Assembly (NCBI RefSeq): GCF_004010195.1
Contig: NC_057754.1
Coordinates: forward strand, 1,880,306-1,944,305
Reading direction: 5' to 3'
DNA from: Chiloscyllium plagiosum
Lineage: Eukaryota
DNA: 64,000 nt
A program made the position numbers and the translations under genes. Below the pieces are notes generated by a model. It ran no database searches. It saw only the letters and a list, made by a program, of their open reading frames with translations, and had not been told where the DNA came from. Positions 36,311 through 49,244 of the stretch are shown piece after piece (position 1 is the first letter of the stretch; each line of letters opens with the position of its first letter).

Positions 36311-39300
36311 CTATAGTTCAAAGTGAGGATCGTGTATGGTTTGGAGGGGAGCTTGTATCTTGTACTCTTGTTGTTCTAAATGATAGAAGACACGGATTGG
36401 AAGATGCTGTCAGAGGAACTTGCAAGAAAGTTGCTGTTCTGGGTCTCATAGTTTGTGAAGTAGTGCTCAACTCTTGGCCCATAACCTGATGTTATCTTTC
36501 CTCAGGTGATGCAGTGTTACTGCTGAGATATACAGTGCATTTAGTGAAGCTGAATTTGCTTCACTGCTTGCTTTTTTCTCTCTGATGAAATAACTCCTAT
36601 CTTTTCAAATTTCTACAACTTGGTCCATGTGTTCTTGGTTTTCCAACTTCAACTTCCCAATCTAATGGGATTACTGATCAAGAAGCCATCATTAGTTGCA
36701 GGCATTTACAATCTCCCCACTCCACATGCCCACTGGTCAAGTCTGATCAACTTTCTGTTATGCTCTTGTTAGAGCTGAAACATTATTCAATGAGAACTTG
36801 ACTCTATTTACATACTGGTGGCCTGAAATCCCATGTGTACCACCAGCCTGGAGAAATCCCTGAGTTAGGAGTCACTGTTACAGCATAATGAGAAATTGGA
36901 ACAGGAATACACCATTTGGCCCCTCAAACCTGCTTCCCCTATTCAGTACCATCATGCTGATCCTCTACCTCAACACCACTTTACTGATTCTTCCATATAC
37001 CCTGAAAAGCTATATCAGCCTTACATATATTAATTGATGGAGCATCCACAACTCTCTGGGGTAGAGAATTTCAAGGACTTACAGCCTTCCAAATGTCGAA
37101 ATTTTATCTCAGTCCAAAATGATTGCCCACTTTTCTGAGACTATGTTTCGTAGCAGTTTGGTATCATTAGCAAACTGGGATATGTCATCCTTTTCATTCA
37201 AGTTGTTATTATAAATAAGTGATAAATTGAATACAATTAGTTGATTCCCCACGACTGATCTCAATGTGGCACTGCATTAATGATAACCCATCAATTTGAA
37301 AATACCCTGTTTATCCCTCCTGTGTGCTGAGAGAGTCAGCTCAATTTTTAAATTCTGCAATCTTCATTCATTTTTATTTGTCACTTGACCTGTCCCACTG
37401 TGGTGGAAATATAAGGCTGTTGTTCCGCAACCTCTTTGGGTTAGAAAGGGCCCAAAAATATCAGGTAAAATGGTAACTGTGAGACTGACTTTCATGAAGC
37501 AGAATGAAGAATAGTCTGTGTATGATCTGGTCTTGTCTAAGAATCACACTTCCAAAGGCACTGACTGCACTATCTTAACTTACCCAAGTAGCTTTTGATT
37601 TCAGATGTGAGCTTGACAAAGACAATAGAGGGGATTGCAGCTGAGCCAGATGTGTTTCCACCCATATGCACGTTTCCATTTGCGTTATTGATTTGCAATC
37701 ACCAGTGGAAACTTTATTTTTCTCTCTGCTTGTTTGAGGTCATTGAGTTCCCAACTACTCTCTGTTTGAGGTTATCTAACTCAGCAATGAGACTGTCTGG
37801 TCTGAATAGCACATTTGATTGGTAGGCATTTATTTTATTTACTTGACCATTACATCACATCTCAGTCATTTCATGGATTGTACACTTGGCTAAATATTTT
37901 ACACAAAACCTCTGTCTTTTTTAACCAATAAGTAAAAAATGGACAGTATAAATTATTCACAGTAGAAATTTTGGTGCAGTTTTTCAATGTGTGGTGTAAA
38001 CAGCTTTATCGTTTTCCGTGGTATTTCTTTATCAACCTTGGTATGTTACCAGTTTATTCTGGGCACCAAATACAGGCATTCACAGCTGGTGCGCAAAAGC
38101 TATTAGCTTACTGTAATGGAAATCAGATACTTCTCAAACTACAACAGCATGTTGTCAAGAATATTGTTTCGGCACACAATGAAAAGCAAATTTTCAAGCA
38201 TTTACTGTATCATTGAGTTTTTCTCCTTCTAAATTCAGTAGAAATTGACTTTATCTAGTATTTTATATTCACAAACTGACATAACACAAGGATAAGGCAC
38301 AAAATCACTGTTGCCAACTCAAGCAGCAGTGCTCAGTAATCAGGAACTCCATACCCTGCCTCAGTCTTCTTTATCTTCTGCAATCTAGAGCCTTTTAAAC
38401 TCCAGCTTGGCTACACATAACTGCTTCCTGATTTACCTCATTCCTTTTACTCTTTCCAACCTTTCAGTGTCCTAAATACTGAGCCATGACTCTTCAGTAA
38501 AAGCAAATGACTTCACCACCCTTCCTGTTGGCCTTGACCCGCAGTCAAGAAAGCTTGAATTTAGCTATCAAAACAAATGTACAGAATAGAAGGAAATGAA
38601 CCAGGACAAGAATATTCAGTAAATTAAATCAATTGCTGTCAGTAGGCCACGTGGGACTGGTGCTTATGAATAATTTCCTCAGTCTATTTAATCTTGTGCG
38701 ATAAGTCTTTGTTTTGCAAATCTTCCAATTGTTTGCAAAACATCCTAAAAAGAAAGATCTTAAAAGATTTCTCCTGGACCTTCAGGTATAATTAGATAGA
38801 ACCTCAAATATAATCAGTGCAACACTTCAATTCATCATCTATGTCATTTCGCAGACTCCGCATGTTTAGTTCATTAATGAATATATTTATTAATGTTATT
38901 TACACAAGGGATATGTAAATAGCATTAACTGGCTGGGCCAACATTTGCTGCCCATCCCTACTTGCCTTTGAGTTGCCTTCTTGAACTGTTGCAGCCCATG
39001 TACTGTGGGTAGATCCACAGTGCTGTTAGGAAAGCAATTCCAGGTATGGGATATGCAGTGGATTTAATTGGTTACACAATCATATCTTGGTCCATTGGTC
39101 AGAGGAATTTAGATGACAGAAATAAAGATAATCAATAGAGACAAAAGTAGATACTAGAAAAAGTAAATCCATTAAGCAAGGATAGATTGGTCTCATTCTA
39201 TAAAAACTACCTTGTTTATCTATAATTATGTAGCCAGTGTATGTTTTTTGAGAAATTTGGCCAGTTGAAATCTGAAGTAGCTCCATTGTCCTTAATATAG

Positions 39301-40199
39301 GTTGGGGAGAAATGGAATCGAGGGTAAAGAATTTCTTAAATGTGTACAGGCGAACAGCCTTAATCTTTCAGATTCTGGCCCAACAAAGAAGAAACAGTTT
39401 AGATCTAGTTCTGGTGAGTGAACTAGGTTAAATGGAGGATGCTGCCATGGGAGAACATCTAGCAATAATGATCATGATGTAATTCAATTGAAGAAATTAT
39501 GGGAAGGGAAAGAAATATCGAAGTAAAGAGAACCTGTTTTAGTGATTTAAGATGGGATTGAACACATGAACTGGAGACAAAGATTGATCAGAAAAGCATC
39601 AAATGAGCAAATGATAGACCTTCAAGATTTGAGAATTAGAATGCAAACTAAACATGGGAGACTGAATATTAATAAGCTGAGTTGTGCTATTGACAAGGCA
39701 TTTAATAATCATTAATCCCTGTCGGTTGGCATCCTGCTGCTACCTAGTGTGAATCTGGCCTTATCGTTGAAAAATTTAAAAGATGGCAAAGGTTGCTTGA
39801 AAAGTTGAGAAAGGGTCTTGCTGGACTTCTCATCTGATTCTGTTGTATCTCAACAAGGATGATGTCGCTCACTCCCCAGAGGACGTAGGTTGAAAATAAT
39901 TGGGAAATGCACTAGAGGAGAAATGAAGAGAAATTTCTTCACACACAGATTTGTTATGATTTGGGATACATTATCTGAAAGGGTTGTGGGATTCCATAGC
40001 ATAAAACTTCTAAAGCAATTGATGCATGCATTTGAAGCATAGTAGTTTGCAAATCAACAGAGTGTGACTAAATTGGACTACTGTTTCAAAGAGCTGGCAT
40101 ACGCCAGATGTTATGTTCTGTAATATTAAATAGATCTATACATAGTTTACTGAGGAGAGCAGTGATGATAGGCGATTTGGATAATGAAAATATTAGATT

Positions 40200-40690
40200 A
40201 TAGACAATTCATAATTGGGTCTGCAAAGAATTATGCTGACAACCAATTTAGGATTGTCAGTTGGTTTTGCAGCGTGACACACCTTGTGTACTGAAAGTTA
40301 TATCTATGAATACACAGGGCCTTGTTTGTTGTAGACTGGAAGAACCTGGGCATATATGCCAGATTCAACTCAAACAAAGAGGGGCCAACTGTTTCATGAT
40401 TTGATTCCTTGGGGTTCTGACCAATCAGAGTCAACCTACCTGGTTTAAAATTTCAACATTCCCCAGCAGTCAACTATCAGTCATCATTAAGTGGTGCATT
40501 CTCCATGATAATACTTTTTACCAGTCAGGGTCCACTGGCCAAACAGTCAACAGTCTTCTCTCATGTAATGTAAATGTTGGTTTTTCTCCTTAACTTAGTA
40601 TTTTAGTGAATGATCCTGATGAGTGCTAGTGGAAAGGCTTTGGTAAAATATATATTTTTACAGCAATACTCATTTTTTGAACTACTAAAT
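40200..40690 (+). mobile_element. Old interspersed repeat ending in a degenerate hammerhead-like motif
   Basis: Homologous to 19090-19162 and 21400-21760; cctgatgagtgctagtggaaaggcttt at 40615-40641. Confidence 0.5.
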
Positions 40691-42156
40691 GATTATAAAT
40701 CTAAAGTCTTATTTTTCAAAGTCTGGTCCTCTGTTCCACTATCCTCAGCCTTCCACGTGCATATGTGTGATGCATAATAGACTACACTAAGCTCCTGACA
40801 TTCAGAGTGCATACAATTTGGAAATAATTTTTCAGTAGTCTTTTAACACATTGCACACATTGCAGCTTTCTGACAAACACAGAGACTGTAAGCCTGTTGC
40901 CTTGAAGGCCTACTTAATGAGGAGATTTCACAGTGCCGGAAAGAGAAAAAATGTTGTGGTTGAATAGCCATTCAAATTTTGCTGAACAGAATAAAATTGA
41001 ACTGCTAATCTTACTGTTTTCAGTAGGTAAGGTTTTCTGTCGCCAAAGCAGCCAATGGAATCTTAAATGAACATGCTGATATATTCATTTCCACTTTTAT
41101 ATCCTGATTTTCAGTGCATTTACCTAGACTGTAATAGGTACTGAAGGGTAAATGACATTCATGGAACAACCCTGCAACTAAAACCAGTGCTTGAACAAGA
41201 TGAGAAGACAAAAGGGAGACTTAATTTTTTCTGAATAAATTTGATGAAAAAAAATGTTTGATGGGTAGAGTTTTGTGAGTTCTGAATGCCCAAAGTTGTT
41301 AAAAGGTTGGAGATTCTCCTCAAGCAAGTGTCTGGGTGCTGCATTTTTCTGGAGTTGTTTTTCAGTAGTTTTTCCTCGCGAGTGACAGTCACACGCCACC
41401 TCCCTGTCTTGGGATTGCTCCTTCTGTTTACAGCTACGTAGTCGCAGGTGTGCTGTAGTGCTCTGTGCCTGTGATAAATGAGTGAGAGCAGAAACCAGAG
41501 CATAACTCTAATTGGACCGTGAAATTACCTCTTGAACAAAATTCTGTTGCGTTAATTAGCGTTTATGTGACTTACTGTTTTGGATTGGGTCTTGCCAAGA
41601 GAAGCAGTTGTTGACATACCTTTTAACTAACCTGTCTAATTAACCCAAGTTCAAGGCAGCGTAATGAAAGAATACCCAACAAACATTGGCTGGAGCAATG
41701 TATTTATTGCCGTTTGTGTGGTATACTTTTCTGAAAGTGGACTGCTAGGTTTTGACAGGGTCAAGGGATTGACTTGATTATAGTTGATTGTGAAAGTGTG
41801 CTTTGCTGACTTAAATGTTCATCACAAAATCTAAGGCATTTGGTAATTAGTGCTTCCACATCCTGAGCAACAGATGTAAGTGGAAAATGTAAATTTAGAA
41901 CCCACCTTATGGAATCCAGTTCACATCTTTGAAATGTTGGGACTGTCCTTTTAGAAACCATCCTTCTCATTCTAAAATGCATTAGATAACCACACCATTT
42001 ATCTTATCAGTGTATTGGCTCTTATGTGTGATTTCTTTTTCCGAAATGGGTTCAACATTTTGTATATTGGTGGAGCGAGTGTGGAAATGGGATGTGAACT
42101 ACACTTCCAGTGAAATTTCAATGACAATGCCAGCAAACCTCCAAGGAAATTCATCC

Positions 42157-42807
42157 ATGAAGAAGGCTAATAGCATGCTGGCCTTCATAACAAGAGGGAT
42201 TGAGTATGGAAGCAAAGAGGTTCTTCTGCAGCTGTACAGGGCCCTGGTGAGACCACACCTGGCGTATTCTGGTCTCCAAATTTGAGGAAAGACATTCTGG
42301 CTATTGAGGGAGTGCAGCGTAGGTTCATGAGGTCAATTCCTGGAATGGCGGGACTACCTTACACTGAAAGACTGGAGCGACTGGGCTTGTATACCTTTGA
42401 GTTTAGAAGACTGAGAGGGGATCTGATTGAGACATATAAGATTATTAAAGGATTGGACACTCTGGCGGCAGGAAACATGTTTCCACTGATGGGTGAGTGC
42501 CGAACCAGAGGACACAGCTTAAAAATACGGAGTAGACCATTTAGGACAGAGATGAGGAGAAACATCTTCACCCAGAGAGTGGTGGCTGTGTGGAATGCTC
42601 TGCCCCAGAGGGCAGTGGAGGCCCAGTCTCTGGATTCATTTAAGAAAGAGTTGGATAGAGCTCTCAAGGATAGTGGAATCAAGGGTTATGGAGATAAGGC
42701 AGGAACAGGATACTGATTAAGGATGATCAGCCATGATCATATTGAATGGTGGTGCAGGCTCGAAGGGCGGAATGGCCTACTCCTGCACCTATTGTCTATT
42801 GTCTATT
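42157..42807 (+). mobile_element. 5'-truncated CR1 LINE 3' end
   Basis: KKANSMLAFITRGIEY..LYRALVRPHL; RRLRGDLIETYKII; VWNALPQ; (attgtct)n tail. Confidence 0.95.
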
Positions 42808-43223
42808 ATTGTCCGTGGGCATTCATGTAGGAATCTGCCAGTGTCCTAGATATTTACTTGGTGGGAACCTACTGACTGATTGGAGTTTCTTTCTGCTGAC
42901 TCCAAGATATCTTTGGCTTTATTATTTATGTGTGTCAAGTCTGTAATGAAGCGAGTATTCTGTTTCAAAAGGTATCAGAATGTCTGGTTCTCCTTTTGTT
43001 TGGATGCACAGTGAGACATGAGCTCGAAGAGGCACATTTCGCCTTGAGCTACCCTACTGGAACTACAGATTTTCCCACAACATCATGTATGTTTAATGTA
43101 GTGTCTGTTAAAACAAAGTGGAAGTAAAATATGTATGCTGCAAACGTATGTGTGCTCCTATTTAGTGCTACTTTCCCTTCTTGTGTAATCCACTATTTTG
43201 TGTCTCCACTTTCTGGTAGGCTT

Positions 43224-44285
43224 CAAGGTGGCGATGCTGGCAAGGTAGGCAACATTTGGATTTCTGAGTTAGTCTGCTCCAGGCAGCTGATTCCTCCCTT
43301 CTTTTCTCCCGTTGTCGCAGCAGAGGGGAGCAGCCGGAGCAGGCCTCCTGGCAAGGCCTGGCCTGGTGATGGAGCCAGGGACTCCTGATTGTGGTATTCC
43401 CGGAGCAGGGAATGCATGCATCAGCAAGGCAGAGGCTGAAGCGGTGGTGGTGTGGTATTCCCGGAGCAGGGAGTGCAGACATCAGCAAGGCAGTGGCTGA
43501 AGCGGTGGTGGTGTGGTATTCCCAGAGCAGAGAGTGCAGGCATCAGCAAGGCAGCGGCTGAAGCTGTGGTGGTGTGGTATTCCCAGAGCAGGGAGTGCAG
43601 GCATCAGCAAGGCAGAGGCTGAAGCTGTGGTGGTGTGGTATTCCCAGAGCAGGGAGTGCAGGCATCGGCAAGGCAGTGGCTGAAGCGGTGGTGGTGTGGT
43701 ATTCCCAGAGCAGAGAGTGCAGGCATCAGCAAGGCAGCGGCTGAAGCTGTGGTGGTGTGGTATTCCCGGAGCAGGGAGTGCAGGCATCAGCAAGGCAGAG
43801 GCTTCAGCAAAGCCAAGGACGCCTGGTTGTGGAAGAGTCCAGAGCGGGACTGCTGCTTATCAGCATTGTGGTGCGGTGGTTCCTGGTTGTGGTAGGTCAA
43901 GAGCAAGGGTCTCCTGGTTGTTGGTACGGTTGTGACAGTAGTGGAGCTGGGGGCTCCTGGCAGCAGGGTGAGTGTGGGTCCTTCGTGTGACCTGGCATTG
44001 GCAGCCTGTCAGCAGGGTGGGCCCAATGCTGAAGAGATGGCACCTGAAGGGTGGCGACTCTGAAATTGGTGGGTCTGGTGCAGGTGTCACTGTGGGTGTG
44101 GCCATCTCAGGGCTCGCGCCTCACGGTGGCGACAACGGATTGAAGATTGACTGATTGTTTTTCAGCTGTGCCTTTTTATTCTTGAAGTGTTCAAGTGGTG
44201 CCAGATTGTGGCGACAGTTGAAGTTTTTCACTATATTTTACCATGTTGCTCATTGTAGAGTACAAATGACAATAAATTATTATTC
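43224..44285 (+). mobile_element. GC-rich non-coding element with LINE-like tail, containing a minisatellite
   Basis: Starts caaggtggcg; ends aagtttttcact...gtacaaatgacaataaattattattc (resembles Rex1/L2-type 3' ends); GC content jumps relative to flanks. Confidence 0.45.
43391..43803. repeat. 61-bp minisatellite, ~6.8 copies
   Basis: gtggtattccc recurs at 43391, 43452, 43513, 43574, 43635, 43696, 43757. Confidence 0.97.
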
Positions 44286-44484
44286 AGAAACTCAATTGCA
44301 AAAGGGCAGAATTTGTTGGCAAAATAAAGGCGTGTTTAATGTACCTGCAGATATTGGCATATGAATTGTTTGAAAATTTATCACAGTTTATCACAGATTG
44401 TTGGTAGATTTAATCTGTCCCACTGTTAGCCACCCAAAAAATAGCAACACACCCTTGCTATCCCTGTGAGATTTAAGAAGGGTC

Positions 44485-44677
44485 AAGGAGAAAGTAAGGA
44501 CTGCAGATGCTGGAGATTAGAGTCGAGAATGTGTTGCTGGAAAAGCACAGCAGGCCAGGCAGCATCCAAGGAGCAGGAGAATCGACATTTTGGAAAGGCT
44601 TATGCCCAAAACATCGATTCTCCTGCTTCTTGGATGCTGCCTGGCCTGCTGTGCTTTTCCAGCACCATATTCTCAAC
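44485..44677. mobile_element. ORF-less hairpin element of inverted Penelope pLTR halves
   Basis: gctggaaaagcacagcaggccaggcagcatcc...ggatgctgcctggcctgctgtgcttttccagc; flanks ttaagaagggtc (44473-44484) and ttaagaagagtc (44678-44689). Confidence 0.85.
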
Positions 44678-45739
44678 TTAAGAAGAGTCTGCCAATTAAA
44701 TTCGCCATAGAAAGTTGAGGTTAATGCCTAATGCCATAAAGCAACTTTAAGTCATGAGATTTCTGTTTCTGCAATGCCACTCAAACCCTCTGGACCAGAA
44801 AGGAAACAATTTCTACCTTCAGTCTTAATCCTACAGGCAATTGTTCATAAACTTAGCTTTTCTTCCTTTCTTTTTTCTCTCCTTCAATACATTTTTTCTT
44901 ACCATGTCTGTATTTCCCTTTTTTTGTACATGATTTCATTCTAATTCACTCCATTTTATTCTCAATTGTTCCTCTTCTTTTCTCGATCCTTCAATATCAT
45001 TGATTGGAGTGATAGACAGTTGATCCTATACCTTTACCTTGTCACAGTATTAGCAACTTGGATTTCCAGCAATTGCAAAGATTTTTAGGGTGGAAGGTTA
45101 AAGGGGAAACATCTGAGTCTCATCTCCTTTCCAGCAAATTCTGGCCTACTGTGTTTGAGGCATTAGGACACAATAATTCATCACAGCAAAATTTGTCTGG
45201 ATGGCATCATTGAGGTGGCTTTAGCCTTATTTATGTAAACAGCAATTCATAGACCTAACATATGACCTGTAAATTCTGTCAATGAAACATATTTCTCCTT
45301 TATATACCTTTGTATATCTGTTATGTGAATTTGGGGGAAAAATAATGGAGGGGAGGGATCAAAGTAACATCAACTTGGGTTTATTTAGCACCTTCAAAAT
45401 GTAAAACTTCCAAATTGCTTTGCAGAGACAAAACTATAAAATTTGGATGGCAAACCATTTTGACAGATGACCATACATAGGTTTTAAAGAAATGCCAGGG
45501 AGGCAATGAGATGAACTGGTTTAGTGAGGAGAATTCCAAAGTGTATTAGAGTACTCTGGGCAAAAGAGATCAAAAGGGAGAAAACAGGAATAGGGTACTG
45601 AGCTGAATGATCAGCCATGATCGTACTGAGTGGTATATTAGACTTGAAAGGGCAAAATGGCCTACTCCTGCTCCTGTTGTCTGTGTATCAATGGGTCTGG
45701 CTTGCTGAAAGAATTATCACTGGTAATATAATTTTTTAA

Positions 45740-46070
45740 AGAATCTATTCATCTCGCACTCTTCAAGACCTCTGGCATTTCAAAGGGCTTCAAGGCCAAT
45801 TAATACTTTTCAACAACAGTCACTGTTGTAATGTCGGATATGCAACAGCTAATTTACATTCAAGGTCCCACAAGCAATATGATAATGACTCAGTTCATCT
45901 ATTTTTGTGATGTTGGTGTCTGGATAAATGTTGTTCAGGTCACCGGGGACAATACCAACTTCAGAATAATGCCAGATGATCTTTTACCTTCTCTTGCCCT
46001 CTCAGGCAAATGTATTATTGGTTCAATATCTCATCTGAAAGATGACACCGGAAATGCAGCAATCTGACTC
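45740..46070 (-). mobile_element. Deu-domain (SacSINE-like) SINE, decayed
   Basis: gtcactgttgtaatgt...ataatgac...ttttgtgatgttgg...atctcatctgaaagatgacac; related pieces at ~23260-23345, ~50785-50920, ~61180-61390. Confidence 0.6.
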
Positions 46071-46879
46071 AGGGTTGATTTCTACCAGCTGAGCTGCAGA
46101 TGACAATGTGGAGTAATTTACTGTTATACCAAGATGGGAGGAGTGCATTGACTTTCTCTAGCTCCATGGTCACAACATAATATAAGCTTTAATGCACTCC
46201 CATGTATGTTTATTTCTCTGTTCAACTTTAAAAAATCCATTAACCAAGTTTCTTTAATAAGCTCAAAGTTATTGAATTGTTATTACAAAATTTATTCAAT
46301 GAAGATGAAAAACTGGTTAATACACTTAGCTTGTAATATGAAAATATAGACTTTTGGCCAATAAGTCTTAGTTCTTGAAAGCAATGTAAAAAGATGTGAA
46401 ATGTTCATATGTCTGTCAGTGTACTGTTTTGACATACAAATATGGATGTCTGTAAACACAAGCAGGCATCTCTGGAATCCTTGTCTTCGTAATTTATTCA
46501 GGAAACTCAGTATTGAGGATTCTTCAATCAGGGTTCAGACTGGGCCTGGCCTCCAAGTACCACACTGGACTAGCTTTTCATGAATGTAAGATTTGAGCTG
46601 GGAAACCCCTCTTCCCCAGGTTGGCCAGCAGCTGCTAAGAATCAAAACCATCCCCAAAGCAGAAGCTGCAGTCTGATAATTTAAACTTAAGTAGGAAGTC
46701 TGCAATAAACAGTCATTACAAGCCATGTGACTTTCCAGAAATGCTATATAAAACATTCTATGGTCTTTTCATTAAGCTCTCAAAACAGAAATTAGATATT
46801 CACACCCTCCAAACTCAAATCCACAAAAATGATTATACGTGAAGTCACCACAAGACTACATGGTTTGGAAATGCACAAC

Positions 46880-47845
46880 TTGCCAGATTCAAGAAGCAGA
46901 GAAATCTGACAAGTGTCTGAAGGAGTTTATAGCTATATGGACAAAATTATCAAACAACTTCAATTCAAGAGTGAATATGAAGTTCAATGCAGAAGTATGA
47001 GGTGATACATTTTGATAGAAAGAACATGGAGAGAGAGAGTGCAAAATAAAGGATACAATTCAAAACGGTATGCAGGAGCAGAGAGACCTGGGTATATGTG
47101 TGCATAAGTGATTAAGGTTTGGCAGGATAGATGAAGTGAGTGGTAAATTAAGTACAAGAATCCTTATTAATAGTGGCATAGACTACAAGAAAAGGGCAGT
47201 TTTCCTGAACTTGCATAAGACTCTTGTTAGATGTCAGCTGGAGTACTGTGTATAATCCTGGCTGCCAAATTTTATGAAGAACGTGAATGCATTGGAGAGT
47301 TTGAAAGTGGCTTCGGAGAATAGTTCCAGGGATGAAAAACTTCAGTTTGGAAGATAGGTTGATGAAGTTGCGACTTTTCCCTTGAAGAGGGGATTTGGTT
47401 GAAGTTTTCAAAATCATGAGGTCTGAACAGAGTAGACAGGGACAAATTTTTCTCACTCATAAACAGGTAAAAAATGACAGGGCAGAGATTTAAAGTAGTT
47501 TGCAAAATAAGTAAGTGTCATGTGAGAATTTTATTTTCATGTCGTGGGTAATTCAGATCTATAATGCAGTGCTTATATGTGTGGTGGAAGTGGGTTAAAT
47601 CAAGTATTTCAAAGGAACATTTAATAATTGTTTGATTGGAATCAATATGGCACAGTCATAGTGACCCTATCTCTGAGCCAAGAGCCTAGATTCAAGTCCT
47701 ATCTGCTCCAGAGGTGTTCCATAATCAGTCTGAACAGGCTGATTTGAAAGCATACATAAACAATATGCTGGGGTACGGGAAAAGCATGAGAGGACCAGTG
47801 CAGGCACAGTGGGCCAAATGGCCACCTTTTTCACAATTCTGTGAA
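46880..47845 (+). mobile_element. Highly decayed CR1 3' region with a short tRNA-derived SINE inserted at ~47648-47745
   Basis: tgaagttcaatgcagaagtatgaggtgatacattttg; gagtactgtgta; gggccaaatggccacct. The SINE also occurs reversed at ~51035-51150. Confidence 0.65.
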
Positions 47846-49244
47846 CATCATTGTGTGTATGCATGTGCGTGTGTATCTATGAGTGTCTGTGTATACCATG
47901 TTTGCAGAATCTAGTACAGTGGCTTGCTTAGGAATTGTGTAGTAATCTAACCCTGTTTTAAAACATTCTGATATTGAAAGACTGAGGTTGCAAGAATTCC
48001 CTGATGTCAGTTGTGGAAGTGGTCAGGAGTGTTGCAGATAGCCTCAGCATCCATTTGTTGAAATAGTAAAATAACCAACTGGAATTACCACTTCTGGTCA
48101 ACTCCTATCTTCAGATATGGAGAATGAGAAGAGCACCGGGCAGGTAGTGTGTTGCGATAGTGTTTGTCCACTCCTTGTCCACTTGAAGATGATAATGAAG
48201 GACTGCCTGTGAAATTGTACTTAGCTTGAATCACTGACCTTCTGAGAGGAAGGAAAATTGGTGTGCATCAGGAATTTTAACTTCATACTGCTGTTAGGCC
48301 AGAATTATTGACCTGCAATCTACTATCCAAGTGATGTGTGCAGACTCTCAATTTACTGAACAGGCAGTGATCTAGATTCAGACTCCAAAAACAGGTGATG
48401 GGGACAATGAAACATAACCTACTGTACAGGTGATATGGACAAATTCACAATCTACTGTATGGACCATGACAGAGATTTGATAAATAGTAGGCTTTTAAGT
48501 CCTTTCCAGTTCTGCAGAAGTACTTTCCTTTTATTCATTCCAAAGCTGCTTTGAATGAACAAAGCATCAGTCAAGCTGTGTCTAAGCACTGAATAAAAGG
48601 AAGCTTTTTACTAAGCAAGGAATATTAATGCTGACAATCTTGTTATTTGTTTCGAATGACAAATGAATACAGAATCCACTGAGCGAATGAACAGGGAGAA
48701 ACTTTATTAGAGTTTTTTAATAAACATTTCCAAAATGCCTTTCAGCAAAGATGAGCTCCCTCATTTTAAAACTTGATGAGCTGCCAAAGAGCAGGTCAAG
48801 TTACATTGTGATCCCTGTAACATTCAACTATAAAACAGACTATGCTGAATCCCAATCTGACAGAAGCCAATATATTTTTGTCTCTTTCTTTGGTCAGTTT
48901 TTAGACCCTATCCAATCACAAACTTCATGGCACAAAGTTGCAAGTTGATCAGGGATAAGAACAGTCATTCAGCTCATTCAGAATTATTCTGAATTCTGAC
49001 CTAACAGATCCATTTGATGAATCCAAGATTTGAATTCCTTTGCTTCGAACGAATCCTCTTGTTCTGTTGAGGATCTACCTGTATGCTCGGTAGCTCACGA
49101 CATTGATGTGTAGCAGGTATCCTTGGTTATCAACTCTGATCCACTTCAAACTGTGAGAACATTATTCCCCAAACTGATCATGAAGTCTGCTTTAAGGTGT
49201 TTCCATAAACCCCACATTGTCTACCTGGTCTGTTTAATATATTA

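Noticed and set aside
43391..43803. CRISPR-like array or repeat-protein ORFs
   Set aside because: Contiguous 61-bp units with no unique spacers, eukaryotic context and no cas genes; a period not divisible by 3 makes the ORFs incidental
44520..44677. pre-miRNA or DNA-transposon MITE
   Set aside because: The arms are homologous to the 3' ends of GIY-YIG-encoding Penelope copies in this window, and the variable 12-16 bp TSDs fit retrotransposition
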